Assembly (NCBI GenBank): GCA_965205655.1
Contig: CBDBIJ010000041.1
Span: 1-39,401 of the forward strand
From: Candidatus Latescibacterota bacterium
GTDB taxonomy: Bacteria; Latescibacterota; UBA2968; UBA8231
Length of the DNA stretch: 39,401 nt
Direction of reading: 5' to 3'
Positions 28,667 through 39,401 of the stretch are shown piece after piece. The notes beneath the pieces were generated by a model, which made no database searches, had not been told where the DNA came from, and worked only from the letters and a program-made list of their open reading frames with translations. How positions within the stretch are numbered: position 1 is the first letter of the stretch; each line of letters opens with the position of its first letter. The position numbers and the translations under genes were made by a program.

Positions 28667-30059
28667 ATGACTCACGCACCGCGAGTCGGCAACGGACGGG
28701 GCCTGGAGCGATTGCCGCCACAGGCTGTGGAGGTGGAGCAGGCGGTGCTGGGCGCCATGCTCCTCGACCAGCGCGCCGTGGGCCGGGCCATCGAGCTTCT
28801 GGACGAGCGCTATTTCTACCACGCCGCCCACGGCGTGATCTTTCAGGCCATCATCGCACTCTACGAGCGCAACGAGGCGGTGGACCAGCTTACCCTGGGC
28901 GAAGAGCTCAAGAAAATGGGAAAGCTCAAGGAGGTGGGTGGCGTGGTCTACCTGGCTACGCTCGCTTCGGAGGTCGCCACCGCGGCCAACGTCGACCACC
29001 ACGCCAGGATCGTCTTCGAAAAAGGACTGAGTCGCGCGCTCATCGAGACGGCGACCCAGATAACGGAGCGCGCCTTCGAGGAACGCAGCGACGCCCAGGA
29101 GCTGCTCGACTGGTCCGAGCAACGCATCTTCGCTCTCTCCGAAAGACAGTTGACTCAGGGGTTCGAGGGCATCGAGACCGTTCTCCACGAAGCCTTCGAG
29201 CACATCGAACGGGCTCACAATCGCGTCAGCAGCGTGTCCGGCGTGGATACGGGATACGCCCGTCTGAACGATATGACATCGGGGTTTCAAGCCGGCGATT
29301 TCGTCATCATGGCGGCGAGGCCGAGCGTGGGCAAAACGGCTCTGGCACTTTGTCTGGCGAGAAACGCAGCCATCGAGACGGGGACGGGGGTCGCCATTTT
29401 CAGCCTGGAGATGTCGAAGCAGCAAGTCGCCCAGCGCCTGCTGTGCATCGAGACCCGGATGGATCTGCACAAGCTGAGAACCGGACGCCTGCGCGAGGAC
29501 GACTGGCTTCACCTCACCCGCAATGTGGGCAGGTTGGCGCAGGCACCCATCTACATCGACGACACGCCGGGCATCACCGTTCTCGAGGCGCGCGCCAAGG
29601 CGAGAAGGCTCATGCGTGAGCGCGGCGTGGGGATGGTCATCATCGACTACCTGGCAGCTGATGAGCACGCGCGAGCAGGTCTACAGCAGGGAGCAGGAGG
29701 TCTCGAGCATATCTCGGGGTCTGAAGGGATTGGCGAAGGAGCTCAACATCCCCGTCCTCGCCCTGTCCCAGCTGTCGAGGGCGCCCGAGGCCAGGACTGA
29801 CAGGAGGCCCCAGCTGTCCGATCTGCGCGACAGCGGTTCACTCGAGCAGGACAGCGACGTGGTCATGTTCATCTACCGGCCCGACCTGTACGGCATCAAG
29901 ACCGGTGAAGGCGCCAGTCTCGAAGGGGTTGCCGAAATCATCGTGGGCAAGCAGCGGAACGGTCCCACCGGCTCAGTCGACATGATGTGGAATGCGCACT
30001 GTGCCAGTTTCGAGAATCTGGCCCAGGATTTCCGCATCGAGCAGGAGGAGGATTTGTAG
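28667..30059 (+). CDS. dnaB: Replicative DNA helicase; one +1 frameshift at ~29654, almost certainly a sequencing error
   Basis: [59 protein letters not shown]. Confidence 0.95.
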
Positions 30060-30093
30060 TGCCGCCCGCCGGGCAGCACTCGGGCGCCGAAAA

Positions 30094-30702
30094 GTGGGTG
30101 AGGGGTATCCAATACCATCTGGCGAGGCGTACAGCGAGTTGCGCTTCTCAAACTCCCGCTTCCTGGGCACTGTCGGGCATGCAGAAGGCGTCGAAGAGGC
30201 CAGGTCCTTTGTCGAGGATGTCCGCCGACGCTATCCGGACGCATCCCATCACGTCTATGCCTTTGCCATAGGACACGGCGCCAGCGTCATTCACGGGGTG
30301 AGCGACGACGGAGAGCCGTCGGGGACTGCCGGACGACCCGTCCTCTCAGTCGTCAAAGGCTCGGGGTTGGGTGATGTCGTCGTCGTCGTGACCCGGTATT
30401 TCGGCGGAACGAAACTCGGTACAGGGGGGCTGGTCAAGGCCTATACAGCGACGGCGCAGACCGTGCTGGGTAACACGGTCCAGTCGCGGAAGGTGGAGAC
30501 GATCGGCGTCAGGATGCGCACGCCGTATGAGCTCTACGAACGCTGCCGATCGGCGATCGTCCGCCTGCGGGGACGAATCGAGTCGGAGGATTTTGCCGAT
30601 CAGGTCGTCATGAACGCGCGGGTACCAAACGAATCTTTCGCCGAACTGCGGCGAAAGATTCGAGATCTCACAAGCGGTCAGGTGGACGTGGAGCAGGAAT
30701 AG
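30094..30702 (+). CDS. yigZ: YigZ/IMPACT family protein
   Basis: SRF, DASHHVYA, SDDGEPSGTAGRP, VVTRYFGGTKLGTGGLVKAY. Confidence 0.9.
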   Translation: MGEGYPIPSGEAYSELRFSNSRFLGTVGHAEGVEEARSFVEDVRRRYPDASHHVYAFAIGHGASVIHGVSDDGEPSGTAGRPVLSVVKGSGLGDVVVVVTRYFGGTKLGTGGLVKAYTATAQTVLGNTVQSRKVETIGVRMRTPYELYERCRSAIVRLRGRIESEDFADQVVMNARVPNESFAELRRKIRDLTSGQVDVEQE

Positions 30703-30711
30703 GGAACCGCC

Positions 30712-33264
30712 TCAAGCCCAGCAGACCAGGCCCATCTCAACAGCGGATCTGAGATCTCGATGGTGGGGGACCACCCGTATCGTGTATCCGTGGGAGCCGG
30801 GACTGGAGCAGGTGTATTCTCCGGAGAAGGAGTGGGCGCCGTCACCTGCGACGCCGAGATGGCTGAGCTGAATGGTCTCGCCCTGTTCGATTTCGTGTTC
30901 CGCGTTCACCCTGCCACAATACAGCTCGACCCGCACGTCTCCTGGCGACAGGTTGCCCAATTGTACAGTCACTTCAAGGGGGATCCGCACTCCCACCGTC
31001 GGCTGAGTCGGTGGCTGCGATTCGACGCGCTCGATAGCGACCTGCGACCAGGCGCCGCTCACCCGCTTCTTCCACTGGCTCAGCTCGTTTAACCTTTCGC
31101 GATCGCTGTTGATTCGGCGCCAGCGCGCGTGATTGGGCAGGTAGAGCTGCTCGAGATACTCGCAGATCATGCGGTTCGAGCTGTATTCGGGAACCAGTGT
31201 CGCCAGCGCTTCCTTGACTCTGGACACCCACCCGACGGGCATGCCTCCCTCATCACGCGCGTAGAACAGCGGGATCACTTCGCTTTCCAAAAGGTCGTAA
31301 AGGGCGTTCGATTCCACCTCGTCCTGATAGCCGAGATCTTCGTACACCTCCCCGTGGCCGATCGCCCACCCCGGGTGGATTTCACATGCCTCGTCCCACC
31401 ACCCGTCGAGGACGCTGATGTTGAGCGATCCGTTGAGCGCCGCCTTCATGCCACTCGTGCCGCTGGCCTCCTGAGGCCGGCGAGGTGTGTTCAGCCACAC
31501 ATCGCTTCCCTGCACAAGGTACCGGGCAAGGCTCATATCGTAGTCTTCGAGAAAGAAGATTCTCCCCGCGAAGGGCTCGCGCCGAGACAGATGGACGATC
31601 TCGCGGATCAACTCCTTGCCGGCGTGGTCGTGGGGGTGAGCCTTGCCGCCGAAGAGGATCTGCAGTGGCCTGTCCTGCGCCCCCAGCAGGGCCGCCAGCC
31701 GGTCCGGGTTCTTGAGGATGAGGTTGCCGCGTTTGTAGGTCGCGAACCGGCGGGCGAACCCTATGGTCAACGCCTCCGGGTCGAGGCGGCCGAGGGTGGC
31801 GTCGATCTTGGCGGTGGGCATCCCTTGCCGCCGGAACTGGTTGGCGAGGTGTTGGCTCGCCCGTTCGATGAGGCGCCGTCGACGATACTGACGGACTGCC
31901 CACAGGTCTCCATCCGGGATATCGCGAATCGCCTCGGACTGTGCGCCGTCATCGGCAGTATAGCGCCATCTGTCACCGAGAGTCCGGTCCAACAAGTCGG
32001 CCATGTCGGGCGACGCCCAGCTCTGGGTGTGGACTCCGTTGGTGATCGAGGTGATCGGTGTCTCGACCTCCGCGATTCCGGGCCACATGGCTGCCCACAT
32101 CGTGCGTGACACCTTTCCATGGAGCCGGCTGACGCCGTTCGACTGGGCGGAGAGGCGCAGAGCCAGAACGGTCATGCAGAAATCGCCGCTCTTGTCTTCG
32201 GGGTCCACCCTGCCGAGCCCGAGGAACTGCTCCCGGGAGAGACCGAGCTCCTCGCGATAGGACCGGAAATAAGATTCCACCAAATCCGGAGGAAACCAAT
32301 CAGTCCCGGCCGCAACTGGAGTGTGGGTGGTGAAGATGTTCCCTGCCGATGAGGCTTCTCGGGCGGCGTCGAAGGAGAGCTCCTCTTCAGCCATGTGGAT
32401 GCGGATGCGCTCGAGAGCCTGGAAGGCAGAATGACCTTCGTTCATGTGGCAGATCGAGGGCGGCACTCCCAGGGCGTGAAGAGCACGGAGGCCACCGATT
32501 CCCAGCAGGATCTCCTGGCGAATGCGCATGTCGCCGTCGCCGCCATACAAAATGGCCGTGATGTTTTGATCCTCGGGACTGTTTTGATCGATGTTCGTAT
32601 CGAGCAAGTAGAGAGTCGTGCGGCCCACCTCTACCGACCAGATCTGGGCGCTCACGCCACCTTGGGGCAGCGAGATCTCGATGACGAGGGGATCGCCGGC
32701 CGAGTCCTGAACCTGATTGACGGGCAGCTGGTCGAAGTCGTTTTCTGGATACAGCTCGAGCTGCCATCCATCCGGGTTGAGTGACTGTTTGAAGTAACCC
32801 TGTCGGTAGAGGAGTCCGACGCCGATCATGGGCAGGCCCAGATCGCTGGCCGCTTTCAGATAGTCGCCGGCGAGCACGCCCATACCGCCGGAGTAAATCG
32901 GGAGCGATTCGGTGAGCCCGAATTCGAGAGAGAAGTAGGCGATCTGGACGTCGGTCTCGTCGCCATGACGCTCCTGAAACCACGTGGGCGCGTCGCGGTA
33001 ACGGTGGAACTGCTCGAGGATGCCTTCGATTTGATTGCCGAGCTCGTCGTCGTCGGCGAGTCTATCCAACTGCTCCTGATCGAGAAAGGAGAGAAGGCGC
33101 AGAGGATTCCGCCCCGACCGTGTCCACGCATCTGGATCGATCTTCGTCCATGTCCGGATCGCCTCCTGGTTCCAGCACCACCACAGGTTGTGTGCCAGCT
33201 TCCACAGCGGTGCGAGTCTGTCGGGCAGATCGGGGATGACGTGAAATGTCGATAGCGGCTTCAC
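30712..33264 (-). CDS. glgP: Alpha-glucan (glycogen/maltodextrin) phosphorylase
   Basis: NLWWCW, YFSLEFG...YSGGMGVLAGD, HMNEGH, FTTHTP, ITNGVH, GFARRFATYKR, EASGTSGMK (PLP lysine). Start inferred at GTG 33264. Confidence 0.95.
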   Translation of the reverse strand: MKPLSTFHVIPDLPDRLAPLWKLAHNLWWCWNQEAIRTWTKIDPDAWTRSGRNPLRLLSFLDQEQLDRLADDDELGNQIEGILEQFHRYRDAPTWFQERHGDETDVQIAYFSLEFGLTESLPIYSGGMGVLAGDYLKAASDLGLPMIGVGLLYRQGYFKQSLNPDGWQLELYPENDFDQLPVNQVQDSAGDPLVIEISLPQGGVSAQIWSVEVGRTTLYLLDTNIDQNSPEDQNITAILYGGDGDMRIRQEILLGIGGLRALHALGVPPSICHMNEGHSAFQALERIRIHMAEEELSFDAAREASSAGNIFTTHTPVAAGTDWFPPDLVESYFRSYREELGLSREQFLGLGRVDPEDKSGDFCMTVLALRLSAQSNGVSRLHGKVSRTMWAAMWPGIAEVETPITSITNGVHTQSWASPDMADLLDRTLGDRWRYTADDGAQSEAIRDIPDGDLWAVRQYRRRRLIERASQHLANQFRRQGMPTAKIDATLGRLDPEALTIGFARRFATYKRGNLILKNPDRLAALLGAQDRPLQILFGGKAHPHDHAGKELIREIVHLSRREPFAGRIFFLEDYDMSLARYLVQGSDVWLNTPRRPQEASGTSGMKAALNGSLNISVLDGWWDEACEIHPGWAIGHGEVYEDLGYQDEVESNALYDLLESEVIPLFYARDEGGMPVGWVSRVKEALATLVPEYSSNRMICEYLEQLYLPNHARWRRINSDRERLNELSQWKKRVSGAWSQVAIERVESQPPTQPTVGVRIPLEVTVQLGNLSPGDVRVELYCGRVNAEHEIEQGETIQLSHLGVAGDGAHSFSGEYTCSSPGSHGYTIRVVPHHRDLRSAVEMGLVCWA

Positions 33265-33307
33265 AGGGCGGATAACGAGTGCGCGAGGGGGAAGTGGACG
33301 ACTTTCG

Positions 33308-33348
33308 TTTGCATAGGAATGAAATGCAAAGGGTTCGGCTTCTGTCAA
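33308..33348 (-). promoter_or_regulatory. Putative glgP promoter (-35 TTGACA) overlapped by inverted repeat TTTGCAT-N9-ATGCAAA
   Basis: TGTCAA at 33343-33348 on the + strand. Perfect 7-bp inverted repeat at 33308-33314 and 33324-33330. Confidence 0.45.
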
Positions 33349-33490
33349 GCAAGGCTCGCCGGCCACCGCGCTGGCGCTGTGCTGTTGGCTTGTGGAGCGC
33401 TGTAAGGCAGGTATATTTGCCACCTCCCTCTGGACAACTACACACACCCAAAGCGAGTTCGGCGCTCGCTCTCGAGACCGAGGTGGGCCG

Positions 33491-34498
33491 ATGGCGGCAA
33501 GGAGCGAGGTCATCATCAGCGGCTTCGCGGATGAAGGGCCAGCAGACAAGAAAGCGGAATCGCAGTTGGCGATGCTGACAGCTCTGGGGATGTCCCACTA
33601 CAGTTTGCGGTTCGTCGACGTGGGTGAGGGGATCAAGAATGTGATGGATCTGAGCCGGCGTGAAATAAGGCGTCTCAAGGCGCTCAATCGCGACTTCGGC
33701 ATCGAGGTCTCGTCCATCGGCTCGCCAATCGGAAAAGTGAAGTTGCTCGACAGAGAGGGATGGCAGCGCCAACGCATTCGTGCCTTTTCAGCGATATCTG
33801 AAGAAGCAGGTGGCACGTGCCATCGAACTGGCAGCGGAGTTCGACACCAAGCTCGTGCGCGGATTCTCCTTCTATCATCCCCGCGGCGAATCACCTTGCG
33901 AGTATGTCGACCTGGCCGTCGAGCGGCTCGCCGCCATCGCCGAAGCGTGTGAGCAGGCCGGTGTGTTCTTCGGCCTCGAAGTCGAGGCCACATCTCGTCG
34001 GGCAGAACGGCCCGTCTCCTGAGCCAGATCTACCGAAAAGTCCGGAGCCCACATCTCTACTTGATATTTGACGGGGGGAATCTGTCTAGTCAAAACATGC
34101 CGGCAGCCAGCGTCGTCGCCGAATACGAGGCGATGAAATCGGGAATCGGCTGGATGCATGTCAAGGACTACCGTATCGATCCGGACCTCGAATGGAAAGG
34201 ATTCGTGGATGAGAAGCGATTGAAGAACTTCGTACCCGCCGACGAGGGCGATTCCGGCCACGAGGCGATTCTGCGCGACTTCAAGGCACGGCTCCCTCGC
34301 CTTAACAGACAGCTGAGGCGACAGGGGATACCCGGGGTCTTTCTCGATCTCGAGCCCCATCTGAGAGGCGGCGGGCAGTTCGGCGGTTTCAGCGGCGTCG
34401 ACGGATTCGGTGTGGCGCTCCGGGCGTTGCTCAGGCTCCTCGATTACGTGGGGATCGGCTACAACCTGGGCAGTTTCGCAGACATGAAACGCGACTGA
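33491..34498 (+). CDS. Sugar phosphate isomerase/epimerase (xylose-isomerase-like TIM barrel); three +1 frameshifts (~33757, ~33990, ~34011)
   Basis: [47 protein letters not shown] across four frames. Confidence 0.75.
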
Positions 34499-34499
34499 G

Positions 34500-35999
34500 A
34501 TGGGCGATCCCTACCCTGAGTTTCTGGATCTGATCAAAGAGCTGCACGACATCGGCCACGCTCAGGGTCTGCTCAGCTGGGATCAGGAGACCTACATGCC
34601 CGCCAAGGGAGTGGCGCAGCGGGCTCGAAGCATCGGGGTGCTGGCCGGCATCGGCCACGAGCGGGCTCACTGCGGCGCGTCTCGTCGACCTGGTAGCGGA
34701 GTTGTCTCAAGTCGAACTGCAAGGCGATCCAGCCGTAAACGTCCGCGAGATCAAGCGGGATCAGGATCGCGCCCTGAAGATCCCTCGGGAGCTCGTCGTC
34801 AAACTCTCGGAGACGACCTCTCTGGCTCATGAGGTCTGGGTGGAGGCGCGCGAAAAGTCGCGCTTCGATCTTTTTGCGCCCTGGCTCTCGAAGATCCTCG
34901 AGCTCAAGAAAGAAGTGGCGCGCAGGGTCGGGTTCGAGGGCACCATCTACAACGCCCTCCTCGACGAGTATGAACCCTACGCCCGCGCCGAGGACGTCGG
35001 CCCCGTGCTGACCGAACTCGAAGAGCTTCTCGTGCCCCTCGTTCACAGGATTCTCGCCACGGGAAAGCGCCCCGCCGAAGGGATTCTCGATCAGTCCCTT
35101 TCCGGTCGAGGAGCAGGAACTCTTCGGTCGCCGGGTCCTGCGTGACCTAGGATTCGATACCGACGGGGGGCGTCTCGACGTGTCCGTCCATCCCTTCTGC
35201 AGTGGGCTCGGGGCGGGCGACGTGCGGCTGACGACCAGGTACAACCCCGACCACCTCAATGATTCGCTCTTCGGGATCATCCACGAGTGTGGTCACGGCC
35301 TCTACGAGCAGGGGCTACCGAAAGAGGAGGCGGCGACGACGCCGGTCGCGCGATCGGTCTCGCTCGGCATACACGAATCGCAGTCGCGTCTGTGGGAAAA
35401 CATGGTCGGTCGCAGCCGCGAATTCTGGGACCACTACCTGCCCGAGTTGAAAAGCCAGTTTCCCACTCAGCTTTCCGACGTCGATACCGACGCCTTTTAC
35501 GCGGCCGTCAACCAGGTAGAGGCGTCGTTCATACGGGTCGAGGCGGACGAGGTGACCTACAATCTCCACATACTGCTACGCTTCGAACTGGAGAAAGCGC
35601 TCATGGAGGGGGCGATCGATGTCTGCGATCTGCCTCAGGCGTGGAACGACGGGATGGAGAGGTTTCTGGGGATCCGACCGTCGTCTGGACTTCGAGGGCG
35701 TGCTTCAGGATGTCCACTGGTCTTTCGGCCTGATTGGCTACTTTCCCACTTACACACTGGGAAATCTGTATGCCGCCCAATTCATGAGTCAGGCGCAGCG
35801 GGAGATTCCCGATTTCTCGGAGCGGCTGCGGACCGGGGACTTCAGCGGACTGCTCGGCTGGCTCCGATCGAGCATTCACTCGCGCGGCAGCCGGATGACT
35901 GCCGCCGAGCTGGTGAAAGAGGTGACCGGCGAGGACCTGCAGGCCGGCTATCTCATGGAATATCTGGAACGAAAGTTCAGCGAGATCTACGGTTTGTGA
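34500..35999 (+). CDS. Carboxypeptidase M32 (Taq-type); three +1 frameshifts (~34664, ~35098, ~35688)
   Basis: LLSWDQETYMP, YNALLDEYEP, HPF, DVRLTTRY, IHECGHGLYEQ, HESQS, IRVEADEVTY, QDVHWS, GYFPTYTLG. Confidence 0.9.
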
Positions 36000-36001
36000 A
36001 G

Positions 36002-37496
36002 CTACTTCCAGCTGCGGGCCAGGTCCGTGAGAAGACGCACGCCAACGCCGACGCCTCCCTTCGGGACGTAGGGCTTCGACTTGCCGCTCCAGGCGGTACC
36101 GGCAATGTCGAGATGAACCCATGGGCAGTCACCGACGAACTCCGCCAGAAGCGCCGCTCCGGTGATGGCGCCGCCGGGCCGTCCGCCCGTGTTCTTCATG
36201 TCGGCGACCGTACCTCTTGATCTGATCAGCGTATTCATCCCACAGCGGAAGTTGCCACACGCGCTCGCCGGTGCGTTCGCCTGCCTGTCTCACGCGAACG
36301 GCCAGCTTCTCGTCGTTGCCCATCATACCGACGGCGTGGTGACCGAGGGCGACGACGCAGGCGCCCGTGAGGGTGGCGAGGTCGACGATGGCTGCCGGCT
36401 TGAAGCGCTGGGCGTAGGCGAGGGCGTCGGCGAGGATGAGTCGACCCTCGGCGTCCCGTGTTGATGACCTCGATGGTCTTGCCCGCCATGGTGACGAGGA
36501 CATCACCCGGCTTGTAGGCCTTGGCGTCCAGCAGATTTTCGGTGGCCGGGATCAATCCGACGACGCGTGTTGGCAGTTTGAGGGCGGCCACCGCCTGCAT
36601 GGCGCCGATGACGGCAGCCGCTCCGGACATGTCGTATTTCATGTCCTCCATGCCACCGCTCGACTTGATGGAGACGCCACCGCTGTCGAAGGTGACGCCC
36701 TTGCCGACGAAGACGATCGGCTTGCCGCGGCCCTTTTTTGTTGTGTTCGAGGATGATGAATCGAGCTGGCTCAGCGCTCCCGGCCGTGACGCCCAGGATG
36801 GCACCCATGCCGAGCCGCTTCATCCCCGGCCTCGTCCATCACTCGGCACTGCAGGCCGAATTTTCGGGCCACGGCGCGGGAGGTGCGGGCGAGATAGGTC
36901 GGTGTGGCCGTGTTACCCGGGTGATTGACCAGATCCCGGGCCACCGCTGTGGCGTCGGCGATGTGGAGGCCGGTCTTCAATCCCGTGCGGACAGCCGGTA
37001 GCCGGGCGCGGTCGAATTCGACGACGGTGAGCTTTCGCAACAGCTTTTTCTTAGCGGCGGCGAAGCGATACTCATCGAATCGATAGCAGGCCAGAGCGCT
37101 CGCCTCGGAGAGGGCTTGGGCCGCGTCGCCGACATCCAGTCCACCGGCGCCGGCGCCGTGCAGGACGGTGCTGGCCTGTCCAATCCCCAGATTCTGCAAT
37201 TTCCGGGCGGCGGTGCCGGCTGCCTGGCGAGCGAACTCGAGGCTGAACTCCTTGCTTTTTCCCAGGCCCACAATGAGGACTCGCTCGGCGCGGATGCGGT
37301 CTGCCGTATAAAGAAGGAGCGTCTCGTTCCGTTTCCCGGTGAAATCGCCGCTGGCGATCGCCGCCGTGATGAGTCCGTCGAGGGCGCTGTCTAAGGCGCC
37401 GGTGGCGCCGCCTGGTTTGGCACCCTCGAAAAGGTTCACCACGAGCGCCGGGTCGCGCCGGTTTTGAATTTCTCCCTGCTGTACCGTAATATTCAT
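36002..37496 (-). CDS. pepA: Leucyl aminopeptidase (M17); four +1 frameshifts (~36825, ~36730, ~36455, ~36215)
   Basis: [62 protein letters not shown]. Confidence 0.92.
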
Positions 37497-37665
37497 CCCT
37501 CTCAGACTCCCGTGCATTCACTTGTGACCGTTTTCCCGAACAGTGTTCCCGCCCGCAAACAACGCTGAGTCGACAGCCGCGTCCGCTGACTTTCGTCGTC
37601 AGGGCCTCGGCCCGCGTTAGTCCCAAAGACACCTGTCCCCGACGATTTTCCGCTGGGCGGCGGGG

Positions 37666-37693
37666 AAGTTAGACGGGACATACCCACTGTCAA
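37666..37693 (-). promoter_or_regulatory. Putative sigma70 promoter for pepA, implying a ~165-nt leader
   Basis: Minus strand TTGACA-16 nt-TAACTT. Confidence 0.5.
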
Positions 37694-37698
37694 GAATC

Positions 37699-38434
37699 AT
37701 GGACCTGTTTCTCATCCGGCATGGCCAATCTTTCAACAACTCGCTAGAAGCATCCGATGAGACAGAGAAGCGAGTTGCAGATCCCGAGCTTACCGAGAAG
37801 GGTCGAAAGCAGGCCCAGGCGGTGGCTGCTTGTTTCGCCGACGGCGGACATCTCGACGGGCCGGAGCGCACTGGAGGGGGATCCCGACTCGATTTCCTAT
37901 ACTGCAGCGCCATGATTCGCGCTCTCCAGACAGCCGTTCCCATCGGCGAGTCGCTGGGTTTGTCCCCTGAGATCTGGATCGACGTGCATGAGGTTGGAGG
38001 GTTGTGGCTCGAACAGGAGGACGGCAGCATTCGACACGTGTCCGGATTGGGGCGCGGTGAGATGGGGGAGCGCTTTCCGCGCTGTGTCCCCTCCGACGGC
38101 GTCCGCGGGGGCGGCTGGTGGCGCGGCGGCTTGGAGCCGCAGGAGGCCCGGGACGGGAGAGCTGCCTCAGTGGCAGCGGCGTTGAAGGATCGCGCCGCTG
38201 AGCGTTGCCGCATCGGCGTCGTGTCACACGGCGGATTCATGAGCAAGTTGGTCTCCGCGCTGGCTAAACCTACGGGAGGCGATTGGCGCTGGGATCCCGA
38301 CGCCAACGACGGCGGGGCGTACTTCGAACACGCGAATACGGCGATCACGCGAATTGAACTTGACACCGGAAGATCGACTTTCCATCCGCTATCTCAACCG
38401 AACCGATCACATTTCTCAGGAGCTGTACAGCTGA
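37699..38434 (+). CDS. Histidine phosphatase (phosphoglycerate mutase-like) family protein; +1 frameshift at ~38380
   Basis: LIRHGQS, LTEKGRKQA, YCSAMIRALQTA, VSHGG. The +1 frame gives the typical end IRYLNRTDHISQELYS* at TGA 38432-38434. Confidence 0.8.
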
Positions 38435-38436
38435 CG

Positions 38437-38787
38437 ATGAAACTCTACGGTCTGACACTGAACCTGAAAGACGACGACGAGACGATAGAGAAGTACAAGG
38501 AGTACCACCGCAATCCGTGGCCGGAGCCACTGGCGGGCCTGAAGCAGGTAGGGGTTCTGGACATGAAGACCTTCCTGCTCGGGCGACGGATGTTCATGTA
38601 CATGGCGACGACGGATGAATGCGATCCAGATGTCGATTTTCCCGCGCTACGTGAAGATAATCCGCGGGCGGCCGAATGGGACGAACTGATGCGAACCTTC
38701 CAGGAGCGGGTTCCAGAGGCCCAGGAAGGGGAGTGGTGGGCGTTGATGGAACAGGTTTTCGATCTTCAGGACCACGACGTCTCCTGA
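38437..38787 (+). CDS. L-rhamnose mutarotase family protein
   Basis: MKLYGLTLNLKDD...YKEYHRNPWPE...EWDELM...WWALMEQVF. Confidence 0.8.
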   Translation: MKLYGLTLNLKDDDETIEKYKEYHRNPWPEPLAGLKQVGVLDMKTFLLGRRMFMYMATTDECDPDVDFPALREDNPRAAEWDELMRTFQERVPEAQEGEWWALMEQVFDLQDHDVS

Positions 38788-38800
38788 CGGTCGAGACGCG

Positions 38801-39401
38801 ATGAACCGGCAGGGGCAGGGCGGAGAGGTCTACAATTTCTCACCTGGACCGGCCGTCATTCCATCCTGTGTGCGCGAGGAGGCGGCGGCAACTCTGGCCA
38901 GTCCGGGCGCGAGCGGGATTTCGATACTCGAGGTGAGTCACCGCTGCGCGCAGTACGAGTCGCTGCATCACCAAGTCCTCGGCCTGTGCCGGCAGATCTA
39001 TGCCGTGCCGGAGGAGATGGCCATTCTCCTCCTTCAGGGTGGCGCCTCACTCCAGTTCACGATGGTTCCACAGAATCTGATTCGAACAGGCCGGTCTGCC
39101 GATTACATCGAAACAGGGGCCTGGTCACAGCGGGCGATTAGAGAAAGTCGCAGTACTCGGTAAACTGCACCGCCTCGCCGCCACCAGCGCGGACAGGCAG
39201 TTCACCTACATCCCGGGACAGGACCAGATCGACGTCGATCCCCGGTCAGAGTACGTTCACATCACCACGAACAACACGATCTACGGCACCCAGTTCCAGA
39301 GTCTGCCCGAGACCGCAGGCGTGCCGATCGCGGCCGACATGTCCTCCGACCTGCTGTCCCGTCCGGTCCCATGGGACCGCATCGGGGTGGCCTACGGCTG
39401 C
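38801..39401 (+). CDS. serC: Phosphoserine aminotransferase (3'-truncated by the window; +1 frameshift at ~39147)
   Basis: YNFSPGPA, SILEVSHR, LQGGASLQF, TGAWS. The next frame gives YVHITTNNTIYGTQ and ADMSSDLLSRP. Confidence 0.93.

Noticed and set aside
20524..29668. Long antisense or alternative-frame ORFs (for example 20524-22035, 28025-29668, 28609-29619)
   Set aside because: They overlap well-supported genes, lack recognisable motifs, and are expected shadows of high-GC codon usage.
28667..30059. dnaB as a pseudogene, split gene or intein-containing gene
   Set aside because: A single extra G inside the conserved DYLQL motif explains the split. There is no inserted segment, and the gene is essential.
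33265..33549. 95-aa N-terminal extension of GlgP
   Set aside because: It overlaps the divergent gene start and promoter-like signals. Homology-like sequence starts at VKPLSTFHV (33264).
37565..37605. Hammerhead-like core (CUGACGA...GAAA...CUC) on the minus strand
   Set aside because: There is no stem II and stem I does not pair next to the core. CUGAC pairs better with GUCAG.
37699..38787. Apparent 362-aa phosphatase-mutarotase fusion in the ORF track
   Set aside because: The +1 frame after ~38380 gives a typical phosphatase ending (IRYLNRTDH...*) and the mutarotase has its own ATG at 38437. The fusion is explained by one inserted base.
1..39401. CRISPR array, tRNA/rRNA, prophage or recognisable defence system
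   Set aside because: No regularly spaced repeats, cloverleaf motifs, phage genes or known defence domains were seen. Intergenic gaps are all under ~230 nt.

Overview
GC-rich bacterial chromosomal window, probably from an FCB-superphylum lineage such as Latescibacterota or Gemmatimonadota. This is inferred from FlgD-Ig C-terminal 'NxPNPF' sorting domains and the yicC-coaBC-udg-dnaB gene order. 1-14.4 kb: three giant secreted proteins carrying cohesin-like, dockerin-like and Ig/cadherin-like modules. The third gene is broken by a complete IS630 element (9840-10995, TA duplication, A8 slippage site), a +1 frameshift and an exact 11-bp tandem duplication. 14.4-17.1 kb (- strand): a tightly coupled operon of nucleosidase, spore-photoproduct-lyase-like radical SAM enzyme and SDR. 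17.2-25 kb: a DapF with both catalytic cysteines replaced by serine, a SprT/DUF2786 protein, a metallopeptidase-propeller-Omp85 barrel protein, a BamB-like lipoprotein and two more envelope proteins. 25-39.4 kb: housekeeping genes (yicC, an archaeal-type cmk where gmk-rpoZ usually sit, coaBC, udg, dnaB, yigZ, glgP, TIM-barrel isomerase, M32 carboxypeptidase, pepA, histidine phosphatase, rhamnose mutarotase, serC). About 15 single-base +1 frameshifts, concentrated in the last 6 kb, look like long-read errors. No rRNA, tRNA or CRISPR array was seen. All family calls come from motif recognition by eye, not database searches.
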